This document shows positions 39,064 to 48,099 of a stretch of 53,172 bases of DNA, piece by piece. How positions within the stretch are numbered: the stretch's first letter is position 1; each line of letters starts with the position of its first letter. This DNA is from Candidatus Moranbacteria bacterium CG_4_9_14_3_um_filter_44_28. GTDB lineage: Bacteria > Patescibacteriota > Minisyncoccia > Moranbacterales > UBA11712. The notes under the pieces are model-generated. The model saw only the letters and a program-made list of their open reading frames with translations, did no database searches and had not been told where the DNA came from. The stretch spans positions 1-53,172 of the forward strand of contig PFVO01000018.1 of NCBI GenBank assembly GCA_002790655.1, read 5' to 3'. Made by a program: the position numbers and the translations under genes.

Positions 39064-40422
39064 TTAGTAATTTTTCAATATTTTTTTGAACTCATCCGCG
39101 TAGCGAAGTACCCGATCCGAATACCAGGAATAATTTTCCCAATTCGCGCCAGCCAGGTATATTCCCGCCGCTTTCGCCCAGGCCTTGCGGTCTCCCGAGG
39201 TTACTCCGTCAACCGCCGCGAGTTTGAGTCCCATTGCCACCATTGAATCTTTAATGTCCCACGGATTGGCCGGACTTTCGCCCGTCAATTTTTCCACTTT
39301 GCTTTTATATCCCATCCAAGTGCTCGGCAAAAACTGGGCCGGCCCCATCGCGCCGCCCCAGCCTCCGCAACCATCATCCGAATCGCGATTATAACAAGCT
39401 CTCCTTGAAACTGGAGTTTTCCCCGGGTCAATTCCCAGTTCATTGCAAACTTTTTTGAAAGTATCCCATTGAGCCGGATTCATGTCTGTCTTATACCGTC
39501 CCCCGCCAACATTGGTTCCCAGACCGGATTCCACCCGCAATACCCCCAGCAGAAATTCCGGAGCGACGCTTGTAATCCCCGAAGCATACTTGGCCGCCCG
39601 TACCGCTTCTTCAATGGCAATCGGCTCGCCCAGTGACTGAAGCATATTGAGCTCCGCCTGAAGCTTATCCATTTTTTGCTCGAGGGCCTGCTTTTCATTT
39701 TGTATCTGCGACACCAGAATATCCTTCATTTCTTTTTCCTGCCCCAGAGACCGCTCCTGGTCTTTTTGCATGTAGCGAAGAGTTTCCTTTTCGGCTTTTT
39801 TGTCCAGCAAATCTTTTTTTTGTCTTTTCAACTCATCTCTTATGCCAACCAGCTGATTATAAACTTCCATCGTCTGGCCTTCAAAGTTCTCCAGTCCTTC
39901 TACTTTCGAAAAATAATCCGAGAAACTTTGATTGCTGAAAATAATTTCTGATGTGATATCATCCCCCTTTTCGTAAAGTTCCTGCAAAAATTTCGCGAGC
40001 ATCTCTCTTTTTACCACAACTTTCTTTTCCATTTCGTCAATTTCCGTTTGCTTTTGCGAAATATCCAAATCGAGCTGATTGATTACCAGTTCCGTCTCCT
40101 GTATCTGCAGTTCGATTTTTTTGATATCGGTTTCCAGTATTTCGATGTCATTTGAAACCGACTGTTCCTTTTGATTTTTTTCAAAAATATTCTGTTGGTA
40201 ACCGCTGATTTGATTTCGCAAATTCTCAATTCTGCTTTTCAATTCTTCTCTTTGAACTTCCTTATTGTCCTGTGCGGCAAAAGTAGCAGAAAAAACAATT
40301 AATAAACCAGTAAGAACAGACACAAATAATTTAAAGCGTCTAGAACTTAAAAATTTAGAATTGATTTGAAATTTGTTAGGCTTTTGCCTTTGGCAAAAGG
40401 GATGGTATAGCCAATTTGACAT
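39064..40422 (-). CDS. Coiled-coil protein with C-terminal lytic transglycosylase domain
   Basis: Long coiled coil; VESGLG, GGAMGPAQFLPSTW, NPW. Confidence 0.8.
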   Translation of the reverse strand: MSNWLYHPFCQRQKPNKFQINSKFLSSRRFKLFVSVLTGLLIVFSATFAAQDNKEVQREELKSRIENLRNQISGYQQNIFEKNQKEQSVSNDIEILETDIKKIELQIQETELVINQLDLDISQKQTEIDEMEKKVVVKREMLAKFLQELYEKGDDITSEIIFSNQSFSDYFSKVEGLENFEGQTMEVYNQLVGIRDELKRQKKDLLDKKAEKETLRYMQKDQERSLGQEKEMKDILVSQIQNEKQALEQKMDKLQAELNMLQSLGEPIAIEEAVRAAKYASGITSVAPEFLLGVLRVESGLGTNVGGGRYKTDMNPAQWDTFKKVCNELGIDPGKTPVSRRACYNRDSDDGCGGWGGAMGPAQFLPSTWMGYKSKVEKLTGESPANPWDIKDSMVAMGLKLAAVDGVTSGDRKAWAKAAGIYLAGANWENYSWYSDRVLRYADEFKKILKNY

Positions 40423-40430
40423 TTGAAATT
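40359..40430. repeat. 72-nt repeat copy overlapping the start of the transglycosylase ORF
   Basis: Near-identical to 4487-4558. Confidence 0.85.
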
Positions 40431-40504
40431 ATTCTTAATTATACATCACCCCAACAAAAAACACCCGACATCGTATTCCAGATATCGGGCGTGCAAAATT
40501 CCCT

Positions 40505-41233
40505 TTATTGCTTTTTCTCATCCTCTTTTCCTTTTTCTTCTTTTTCTTTCCCTTCTTTTTCTTCTTTTGCTTCAGCTTCTGCTCCCTTTTCTTCTTCCGG
40601 CTTTTCCTCTTTGACAACGCCTTCAACCTGCGCCACGTCTTCTTTGACTTCTGTCTCGAGTTCCGCTAATTCCTCTTCGGATCTCGGAGGCGATACCATT
40701 GCCACAACTGTTTCAGGATCAATGAGCAACTCAACTTTTTTCGATATCTTGAGATCCTTCACGTAAATATAATCGTCGAAAGTCTTGAGCCTGCTCACGT
40801 CAACCACGATTTTAGGCGGCAAATCCCCCGGCAAACATTTCACCTCAATCTCATCCACATTTTTTACCAAAACGCCGCCTAGATCTTTTACCGTCGGCGC
40901 CTCTCCGATAAACTCCACTTCCACCATTGCTTCAATTTCCTCGTCCATCCGAACCTGATAAAAATCGGCGTGAATCGGTCTTCCATCCAGAATATCCCTC
41001 TGCGCTTCTTTCACAATCACGTTGCGCTCATCTTTTCCCTCCAGTGAAAGTTTGAATACTGTACTTTCCCCAACCTGGGAATAAATGTCTTGAAAATCTT
41101 TGTTTTTGATACGCACCAAAATATTTTCAATTCCTTTGCCATATAAAACAGCTGGGATTGTTTCCTTATCCCTTTTTGATTTCTTCTTATTCTTTTCGCG
41201 CTTGGTTGCGTCTAATATAAGTGCTGATGTCAT
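40505..41233 (-). CDS. rplY: 50S ribosomal protein L25/Ctc
   Basis: IPAVLYG, PIHADFY, acidic tail. Confidence 0.93.
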   Translation of the reverse strand: MTSALILDATKREKNKKKSKRDKETIPAVLYGKGIENILVRIKNKDFQDIYSQVGESTVFKLSLEGKDERNVIVKEAQRDILDGRPIHADFYQVRMDEEIEAMVEVEFIGEAPTVKDLGGVLVKNVDEIEVKCLPGDLPPKIVVDVSRLKTFDDYIYVKDLKISKKVELLIDPETVVAMVSPPRSEEELAELETEVKEDVAQVEGVVKEEKPEEEKGAEAEAKEEKEGKEKEEKGKEDEKKQ

Positions 41234-41285
41234 TTTCCAGTCAGATTAAGACACTTCCAGATAATATCAAAAAACCGCCGGGCCG

Positions 41286-42374
41286 TCAACCTCTTGCGCT
41301 TCCTCTATAAACACTTTGAACTATGCCCATCATAACCATGGTCGTAAAGAGAGAGCTGCCTCCGTAGCTCAAAAACGGCAGGGGAACTCCTGTTACGGGC
41401 ATAATGCTAATATTCATTCCGATATTGATGATTACCTGAACAAATATAACTACCACAAAAGAGCTTACCAGGAGTTTTCCAAAATTATCAGAACTATTCT
41501 GGGCAATCAAAATCATCCTCAAAAGAATCACCGCAAATAAAATCAGGACAAAAAGAGCCCCGCCTAATCCCATCTCCTCGGCAATAACAGCAAAAATGAA
41601 ATCCGTGTGTTTCTCTGGAAGAAAATTGAGCTGTGACTGCGAGCCATGGCCCAATCCTTTTCCCCAAATCCCGCCCGAACCTACTGCGACGGTTGATTGA
41701 ATGACGTTATAGCCCGCGCCAAGCGGATCGCTCAAGGGATTAAAAACGGTTCTTATCCTGTTTTTCTGATAATCTTTAAGAAAATATCCCCAGCTGACAA
41801 AAGCCAGAATGAGGCCAATCACAAACAGAATGAGGAGATGCTTTTTTTTCACTCCGCTCACGAGAAGAATACTAATCCATATAGCCAGAATGATTATTGC
41901 CGATCCCAAATCAGGTTGCATAAGAATCAGCACCAGAGAAAAGGCCAGCGGAACCAAGGATATAAATATATGCTTTGGCTCATGAATCGTTCTTGAGTGA
42001 ACGGAAAAATATTTAGCCAGTGCTATGGCAATAATCATCTTGAATAGTTCTGCCGGTTGAATATGAATTCCATAAAAATCAAGCCAGCCTGTGGTACCAC
42101 GAATAACTTTCCCAAAAATTAATACCAAAAACAATAAAAAAAGACCTACTAAAAATAAAACCTTAGAATAGCTCTTGAGCCCGCGGTAATCAAAAAAAGA
42201 AAACAAAAAGAAAACGACGAGACCAACGCCGGCATACATCAGCTGGCGGAAAAAGTGATCCTGGCTCGTATCCTTCCCGTCATAACTAATCGGATAAAGA
42301 ACAGCCAAGCCCAGCGTAACAAGCAGTATTGTTGATATAAATAACAGCCAGTCAAGTTTGAAGATTTTTCTCAT
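41286..42374 (-). CDS. rodA: Rod shape-determining protein RodA
   Basis: QPAELFK, QPDLGS, LPEKHTDFIF, LPFLSYGGSS. Confidence 0.93.
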   Translation of the reverse strand: MRKIFKLDWLLFISTILLVTLGLAVLYPISYDGKDTSQDHFFRQLMYAGVGLVVFFLFSFFDYRGLKSYSKVLFLVGLFLLFLVLIFGKVIRGTTGWLDFYGIHIQPAELFKMIIAIALAKYFSVHSRTIHEPKHIFISLVPLAFSLVLILMQPDLGSAIIILAIWISILLVSGVKKKHLLILFVIGLILAFVSWGYFLKDYQKNRIRTVFNPLSDPLGAGYNVIQSTVAVGSGGIWGKGLGHGSQSQLNFLPEKHTDFIFAVIAEEMGLGGALFVLILFAVILLRMILIAQNSSDNFGKLLVSSFVVVIFVQVIINIGMNISIMPVTGVPLPFLSYGGSSLFTTMVMMGIVQSVYRGSARG

Positions 42375-43219
42375 TTCGCATCATCAACATCGTAACTCTG
42401 GTATTGTTCCGGAGAGCCATATTTTTTCATGAAATTCTCACTGCCAAAGGCATTGACTTCCGGCTCGATTTCAATACTTTGCAGATCAATATTTTTGGGC
42501 AAAACGGTGTTCCAATTAAAAATTACTTCTCTTTCTTCATTGGCTCGCACATCATTGCTGTCTGTCTGATTGACGGCAACTGGCATTCCTTCCACGTCTT
42601 TAAAAACCACTTTTGTTGTCACTTTTTTAAAATCATAATTGCTGCGATTCTGAATTTTGGCTTTGAGCTGGGTAGGTTCTCCTATGCTTCCCGGCAGACT
42701 GACTTCTCTTCCATATACGACCACGTTCGGCTCTTCGGATTCAGAAAACTTCTGCCATCGAAACGACCTCACATTGAAAACAAAGGATTCTGGCTTTTCC
42801 CCAAGAGCAATATTGAATTCAAGTACATATTTTGTCTGAGCTGGCAGAATAAATGACGAGCCATCTCTTTTTTCAACAATTATCCCTTCCTGATTAAGAA
42901 AATTCAAAGAGTAATCAAGCCCGGCAACTCCAAATAAAGCGTTTGGATTTTTGATCTTGACCAAAACATCATATTTGCCCGGTCCGGCTGGAATGAGCGC
43001 TTTTTGCAAAATTTGGATATTCTCAATTTTTGGAATTTCTTCGCATTTGGCGCAAGGACCGCCGCAATCAATTTTCTCCTCCCCCTGATTACGCTTTCCG
43101 TCGGTGCAAGTCGGCTTGGCACGGAAAAGATAATAAAGAGCCGTAGCTATCACGGAGATTATTGCGATATAAACAAGAATAATTGCTACGCGCTTAATGC
43201 CTCGCTGAAATGAAGTCAT
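42371..43219 (-). CDS. Membrane-anchored hypothetical protein with Cys motif
   Basis: TM followed by CTDGKRNQGEEKIDCGGPC; overlaps the rodA start. Confidence 0.75.
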   Translation of the reverse strand: MTSFQRGIKRVAIILVYIAIISVIATALYYLFRAKPTCTDGKRNQGEEKIDCGGPCAKCEEIPKIENIQILQKALIPAGPGKYDVLVKIKNPNALFGVAGLDYSLNFLNQEGIIVEKRDGSSFILPAQTKYVLEFNIALGEKPESFVFNVRSFRWQKFSESEEPNVVVYGREVSLPGSIGEPTQLKAKIQNRSNYDFKKVTTKVVFKDVEGMPVAVNQTDSNDVRANEEREVIFNWNTVLPKNIDLQSIEIEPEVNAFGSENFMKKYGSPEQYQSYDVDDAK

Positions 43220-43304
43220 TTGATATCTCGAATTTTCTTATCTTAATACTAAATTATTCTAAGCTGCTTGTCTAATATATTTTAAACCAACTCGTTAGCC
43301 CGTT

Positions 43305-43334
43305 TCAGCCATAGGCTGATCCGCCTTTGGCGGA
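43305..43334. repeat. 30-nt double-hairpin element
   Basis: tcagccataggctga-tccgcctttggcgga. Confidence 0.7.
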
Positions 43335-43422
43335 AACTCACCAATAAAACAATATATCAATAAAACCTTGCAAGTAAGCTGATTTGATATTACTATTAAA
43401 CCGTAACTTTTGAGAATAATCT

Positions 43423-45186
43423 ATGAAAAAGCCACCCAAAATAGAAATTCTTCGCCACTCTCTCGCCCATATTCTCGCCGCGGCGGTTTATGAAATGCTT
43501 CCGGACGCAAAGTTCGGAATCGGCCCAGCCGTCGAAAACGGATTCTATTATGATTTTGACCTTCCCCGAACTCTCATTCCAGAGGATTTGGAAATTTTGG
43601 AGGAAAAAATGAGAAAAATCATTAAGGCCAATTATAAATTTGAAAAAGCGAATATTTCAGTTGAAGAAGCTTTGAAAGATTTCAAGAAAGCCAAGCAGCC
43701 CTATAAAATTGAGCTAATAAAAGACATAAAAAAAGAAAACCCCCGGGCAAAAACCGTAACCATTTATCGAACCGGAAAATTTGTAGATCTCTGCTCTGGT
43801 CCGCACATTGATTCAGCCGGCGAAATCAACCCAAAAGCTATGAAGCTCGCAAAAATTTCCGGCGCCTATTGGAAAGGCGACGAAAAAAACAAGATGCTCC
43901 AGCGGATTTATGGAGTCGCCTTTTCGAATCCGAAGGAGTTGAGGCAGTATCTCGCGATGATTTCTGAAGCGGAAAAAAGAGATCACCGGAAGCTTGGCAA
44001 AGAGCTGGATCTGTTCTGCTTTTCAGATTTAGTGGGACCCGGACTGCCGTTATTTACTCCCAAAGGAACAATTATTATAGATGAGCTTCAAAAACACGTG
44101 GAGTCAATCTGCCGTTCTTATGGTTTTCAAAAAGTATCAACCCCTCATCTTGCCAAGATTGACCTTTTTGAAAAATCGGGACACAAGCAGAAGTTCGGCG
44201 ACGAACTATTCAACGTCGAATCCCACCATAAACAAAATTATGTGTTAAAACCAGTTCAGTGTCCTCATCAAATTCAAATCTATGCTTCGAGAAAAAGATC
44301 TTACCGCGACTTACCTATTCGTTATATGGAATCAAACAAACAATATCGTGATGAAAAACCCGGAGAAATCAGCGGTCTCAACCGGGTGATCGCTATCACT
44401 GTGGAAGATGGACATTCTTTTTGCCGCTTAGGACAAGTAAAAGATGAAATGAAGAATATGGTAAAAATAATCCGGGATTTTTATAAATCTTTAGGTTTAT
44501 GGGGCAAACACTGGGTATCTCTTTCTGTTCGCGATTATAGCGATTTCTCAAAATATATTGGAGAGAAAAAGGATTGGGACAAGTGCGAAAAGATGCTGAA
44601 AGAAATTTCGGACGAAATGAATTTAAAAGCTATTAAGCGGGAGGGCGAGGCGGCGCTTTACGGACCAAAGCTGGACTTTATGTTTCGCGACACGCTTGGA
44701 AAAGAAATACAAATTCCAACGGTTCAGCTTGACTTTGCAACCCCAAAACGATTTAACCTAAATTATATAAACGAAAAAGGCAAGGAAGAAAATCCTATCA
44801 TGGTTCATCGAGCAATTCTCGGTTCATATGAGCGTTTCTTGGCAATTCTAATCGAACATTTTGCCGGCGCTTTCCCTCTTTGGCTATCTCCTCTTCAGAT
44901 TGAAGTCATTCCGGTTTCAGAAAAGTATAATACTTATGGGCAAAAAATAAATTCGCTCCTATTAGCTAGCGATATTCGCTCAATTATTCGCGAGTCTTCC
45001 GAATCACTTGGCAAACGTATCCGCGCCGCTCAAAACCAAAAAATCAACTATATGCTCATCGTAGGAGAGAAAGAGCAGAAATCAAGGTCCATCGCGGTAC
45101 GAGACCGGGAAAAGGGGAATCTTGGTGTAATGAAAATTGAGAAATTTTTAGAAAAAATAAAAAAAGAGCTTAAGGACAAGAAATGA
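43423..45186 (+). CDS. thrS: Threonine--tRNA ligase
   Basis: RHSLAH, DLCSGPH, RDHRKLG, YGPKLD, HRAILGS. Confidence 0.97.
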   Translation: MKKPPKIEILRHSLAHILAAAVYEMLPDAKFGIGPAVENGFYYDFDLPRTLIPEDLEILEEKMRKIIKANYKFEKANISVEEALKDFKKAKQPYKIELIKDIKKENPRAKTVTIYRTGKFVDLCSGPHIDSAGEINPKAMKLAKISGAYWKGDEKNKMLQRIYGVAFSNPKELRQYLAMISEAEKRDHRKLGKELDLFCFSDLVGPGLPLFTPKGTIIIDELQKHVESICRSYGFQKVSTPHLAKIDLFEKSGHKQKFGDELFNVESHHKQNYVLKPVQCPHQIQIYASRKRSYRDLPIRYMESNKQYRDEKPGEISGLNRVIAITVEDGHSFCRLGQVKDEMKNMVKIIRDFYKSLGLWGKHWVSLSVRDYSDFSKYIGEKKDWDKCEKMLKEISDEMNLKAIKREGEAALYGPKLDFMFRDTLGKEIQIPTVQLDFATPKRFNLNYINEKGKEENPIMVHRAILGSYERFLAILIEHFAGAFPLWLSPLQIEVIPVSEKYNTYGQKINSLLLASDIRSIIRESSESLGKRIRAAQNQKINYMLIVGEKEQKSRSIAVRDREKGNLGVMKIEKFLEKIKKELKDKK

Positions 45187-45193
45187 TTTTGCA

Positions 45194-46774
45194 ATGAAGT
45201 ATTATATCAAGATCTTCGGCTGTCAAATGAACCATTCCGACGCCGAAAGAGTTTCCGCAATACTCGCAAAATATAAACTTAAACAAGCCTCGTCAATCGA
45301 TGAGGCTAATTTAGTCATATTTGTCACCTGCGGCGTGCGCCAAAGCGCTGAAGATCGTGTTTATGGACAAATAAACAATCTTCGCAAAAAATATCCGGAG
45401 AAAAAAATAATTCTCACCGGCTGTTTGGCGCACCAGAGAGATGTTCAGCGAAGACTGAAAGACAAGGTTGATTTATTTACCATAATCAAAGATTTTCCCA
45501 AGAAAATTTTATTTGTCATTGCGAGGAACGTAGCGACGAAGCAATCCCGAACAATACAAGAAAACGCGAGATTGCTTCGCTACGCTCGCAATGACAAAAG
45601 CGATTACCTCAAAATCACTCCGCGCTACACAAATTCTTATACCGCATATATTCCTATCATGACCGGCTGCGATAATTTCTGCGCCTATTGCGTCGTCCCC
45701 TGCGCCCGCGGACGCGAATATTCAAGACCCGCGGAAGATATTCTGAAGGAAGTAAAACACCTTGCGAATAAAGGCTATAAAGAAATTATATTGCTTGGCC
45801 AAAACGTTAACTCCTACTATTGTCATCCCGAGCGGAATCTCGACGGTTTAGTCGGGATGCAGTCGAGGGATCTGCATGCATCAGCAAATAGCAAGCCACT
45901 GCTTCCGCACGCAGATTCCTCCACTCCGCTTCGCTTCGGTCAGAATGACAAAGAAATAGATTTTCCAAAACTTCTTCATCTCATCGAAAAAATTCCCGGC
46001 CGCTTCTGGATAACTTTCCTCACTTCCCATCCTAAAGACATGTCCGACGAACTGATTGAAACTATTGCTAAGAGCAAGAAGATCTGCGAGTATATCAGCT
46101 TGCCGGCGCAGTCAGGAGATGATGCAATTCTCAAGAAAATGAACCGGCATTATTCAGTCGCTCACTATAAAAAACTTATCAAGAAAATCCGCGCGGAGTT
46201 TGTAGGTGTCCGACCGCAGTCTGATACGGTCGGCGGTCGGACACCTACAGAAAAAAAGTTGCCCCCTGCCATTTCCACCGACATTATCGTCGGCTTTCCC
46301 GGCGAAACGAAAAATCAATTTGAAAACACGGCTAAACTCCTTCGCGAAATGAAATTCGATATGGCCTATATCTCCCAATACTCCCCCCGCCCCGAAACCG
46401 TTGCTTGGAAACTAAAGGACAATGTCTCAAAAAAAGAAAAAGCCCGCCGGGAAAAAGTTTTGACGAAGATCCTCGAAAAAACCGCGCTGGAAAATAACAA
46501 AAAATACGTTGGAAAAGTAGTTGAAGTTTTAGTCGATAGAAGGTTCGACCTTGAGGAATTCCCCGACGAAAAGTCGGGGAAGGGAAAGGTCGAACCTTGG
46601 AGAGAAAAATACCTCGCTCACACCCGCACCCAAAAGAAAGTCATGTTTTCCTCCGACAAAAAAATCCCCGTCGGGAATTTCGCAAAAGTCAAAATCACAA
46701 AAGTGAAAGCATTTGGGATGGAGGGAGAAATTAAAAAGGGCCGTCATGCCGACAGCGACAGAGGCCCTATATAA
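45194..46774 (+). CDS. miaB: tRNA-2-methylthio-N6-dimethylallyladenosine synthase with four in-frame inserts
   Basis: FGCQMN, CDNFCAYC, LLGQNVN, TDIIVGFPGE, TRAM-like tail. Confidence 0.93.
   Translation: MKYYIKIFGCQMNHSDAERVSAILAKYKLKQASSIDEANLVIFVTCGVRQSAEDRVYGQINNLRKKYPEKKIILTGCLAHQRDVQRRLKDKVDLFTIIKDFPKKILFVIARNVATKQSRTIQENARLLRYARNDKSDYLKITPRYTNSYTAYIPIMTGCDNFCAYCVVPCARGREYSRPAEDILKEVKHLANKGYKEIILLGQNVNSYYCHPERNLDGLVGMQSRDLHASANSKPLLPHADSSTPLRFGQNDKEIDFPKLLHLIEKIPGRFWITFLTSHPKDMSDELIETIAKSKKICEYISLPAQSGDDAILKKMNRHYSVAHYKKLIKKIRAEFVGVRPQSDTVGGRTPTEKKLPPAISTDIIVGFPGETKNQFENTAKLLREMKFDMAYISQYSPRPETVAWKLKDNVSKKEKARREKVLTKILEKTALENNKKYVGKVVEVLVDRRFDLEEFPDEKSGKGKVEPWREKYLAHTRTQKKVMFSSDKKIPVGNFAKVKITKVKAFGMEGEIKKGRHADSDRGPI
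45512..45598. repeat. In-frame TGTC-type palindromic insert 1 in miaB
   Basis: 14-bp TIR tttgtcattgcgag / ctcgcaatgacaaa; 87 nt = FVIARNVATKQSRTIQENARLLRYARNDK. Confidence 0.9.
45821..45950. repeat. In-frame MITE-like insert 2 in miaB
   Basis: Homologous to intergenic 31196-31334; encodes CHPERN...RFGQND. Confidence 0.92.
46201..46249. repeat. In-frame GTAG-type palindrome, insert 3 in miaB
   Basis: 17-bp perfect IR tgtaggtgtccgaccgc / gcggtcggacacctaca. Confidence 0.88.
46540..46598. repeat. In-frame palindrome, insert 4 in miaB
   Basis: aaggttcgacctt / aaggtcgaacctt with inner hairpin ttccccgac-gaaaa-gtcggggaa. Confidence 0.85.
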
Positions 46775-46804
46775 AGTGAAGATTAACCATGTAGCCACCC
46801 ATAA

Positions 46805-46975
46805 TTATGGTAGGAGGCTACTAGCTACGAAGTTAAGATACTCCTCATAGCATTCCTCGCAGAGTGACTTTTCCTCTACCTCGCCAGTTCGGGGGTTTAT
46901 TAACTTAATCACTCTCTCTATGGGTTTTTGTTCCCCACAACGACCACAACTTGTTTTATTTCCCGTTTCCTCCAT
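46805..46975 (-). CDS. Small CxxC..CxxC zinc-finger protein (56 aa), not in ORF track
   Basis: MEETGNKTSCGRCGEQKPIERVIKLINPRTGEVEEKSLCEECYEEYLNFVASSLLP*; SD aagggagga upstream. Confidence 0.7.
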   Translation of the reverse strand: MEETGNKTSCGRCGEQKPIERVIKLINPRTGEVEEKSLCEECYEEYLNFVASSLLP

Positions 46976-47043
46976 TTGTTTTACTATCCTCCCTTCGTTT
47001 GGAAAATAAACAACATTAAAACATAGCTTATATATATAAAATT

Positions 47044-48039
47044 ATGTCAAGTAGTCGTAAAATCCTCGTCATTCTCGGTCCGACTTCATCGGGAAAGTCC
47101 GATATTGCCATTAAACTGGCTAAAAAGTTCAACGGTGAAATCATTTCCGCTGACAGCCGGCAGATTTATCGCGGGATGGATATCGGGACTGGAAAGGCGA
47201 AGCGAGATCGAAGATCTCGCGTAGTCCCGAATAAATCTAGCGAAGCTAGATTTCGTGAGGGATCTCGCGAAAATAGCAATGCTTTTATGTCTTGTAGCAT
47301 CCCTCACTACATGATTTCTATTGCCAGTCCCCGTGCCAATTACAACGTCGCCAAATTTAAAAAACAAGCCGGAAAAATTATCAAGGATATCCTGAAGCGC
47401 GGGAAACTTCCCGTCATCTGCGGTGGGACTGGATTCTGGATTTCGGCGATCATTGATGACATAAATTTTCCAGAAGTCAAACCTGATTGGAAGTTGCGAA
47501 AAAAGCTCGAAAAATATTCCACCGAAAAACTTTTCGCGATGCTTGAAAAATTAGATCCCGAAAGGGCAAAAAATATCGACGCAAAAAACAAAGTCCGCCT
47601 CATCCGCGCCATCGAAATATGTAAATCAATAAAAAAAGTGCCAGTTCTTGCTGGCATCCCGAGCGTAGTCGAGGGATCTGGTCAGAATAACAAATATCAA
47701 TTTCTCCAAATCGGCATAAAATTATCCCGCGAACAACTTTATAAAAATATCGAGAAGCGCGTTAAATTCCGTTTCAAGCAAGGAACGATTGAAGAAGTAA
47801 GAAAGCTACGCAAGCAGGAATTAAGCTGGAAAAAAATTCAATCTTTCGGCCTCGCCTATTTCTGGATTCCTTTATATCTCCAAAATAAAATATCCAAAGC
47901 TGAACTTATCAAAAAAGTTATCCATGCCGAAAAAAATTACGCCAAACGCCAAATGGCTTGGTTCAAAAGAGACAAAAGAATTAAGTGGTTTAGAAACAAT
48001 GGCAGTATCTTAAAAAAAGTCTCAAATTATTTAAAATAA
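47044..48039 (+). CDS. miaA: tRNA dimethylallyltransferase with two in-frame inserts
   Basis: GPTSSGKS, ISADSRQIY, GGTG, YAKRQ. Confidence 0.95.
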   Translation: MSSSRKILVILGPTSSGKSDIAIKLAKKFNGEIISADSRQIYRGMDIGTGKAKRDRRSRVVPNKSSEARFREGSRENSNAFMSCSIPHYMISIASPRANYNVAKFKKQAGKIIKDILKRGKLPVICGGTGFWISAIIDDINFPEVKPDWKLRKKLEKYSTEKLFAMLEKLDPERAKNIDAKNKVRLIRAIEICKSIKKVPVLAGIPSVVEGSGQNNKYQFLQIGIKLSREQLYKNIEKRVKFRFKQGTIEEVRKLRKQELSWKKIQSFGLAYFWIPLYLQNKISKAELIKKVIHAEKNYAKRQMAWFKRDKRIKWFRNNGSILKKVSNYLK

Positions 48040-48042
48040 ATT

Positions 48043-48066
48043 GGGCCGGAGACTTTGCTCCAGCCC
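48043..48066. terminator. Stem-loop between convergent miaA and pyrB
   Basis: gggccggag...ctccagccc. Confidence 0.5.
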
Positions 48067-48099
48067 GGTTTCTCTCAATTTTCCTTTTTACAAGCCTTT

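Noticed and set aside
45512..46598. Inteins or self-splicing introns in miaB
   Set aside because: The inserts are too short, lack intein or group I/II motifs, and are explained by palindromic repeats.
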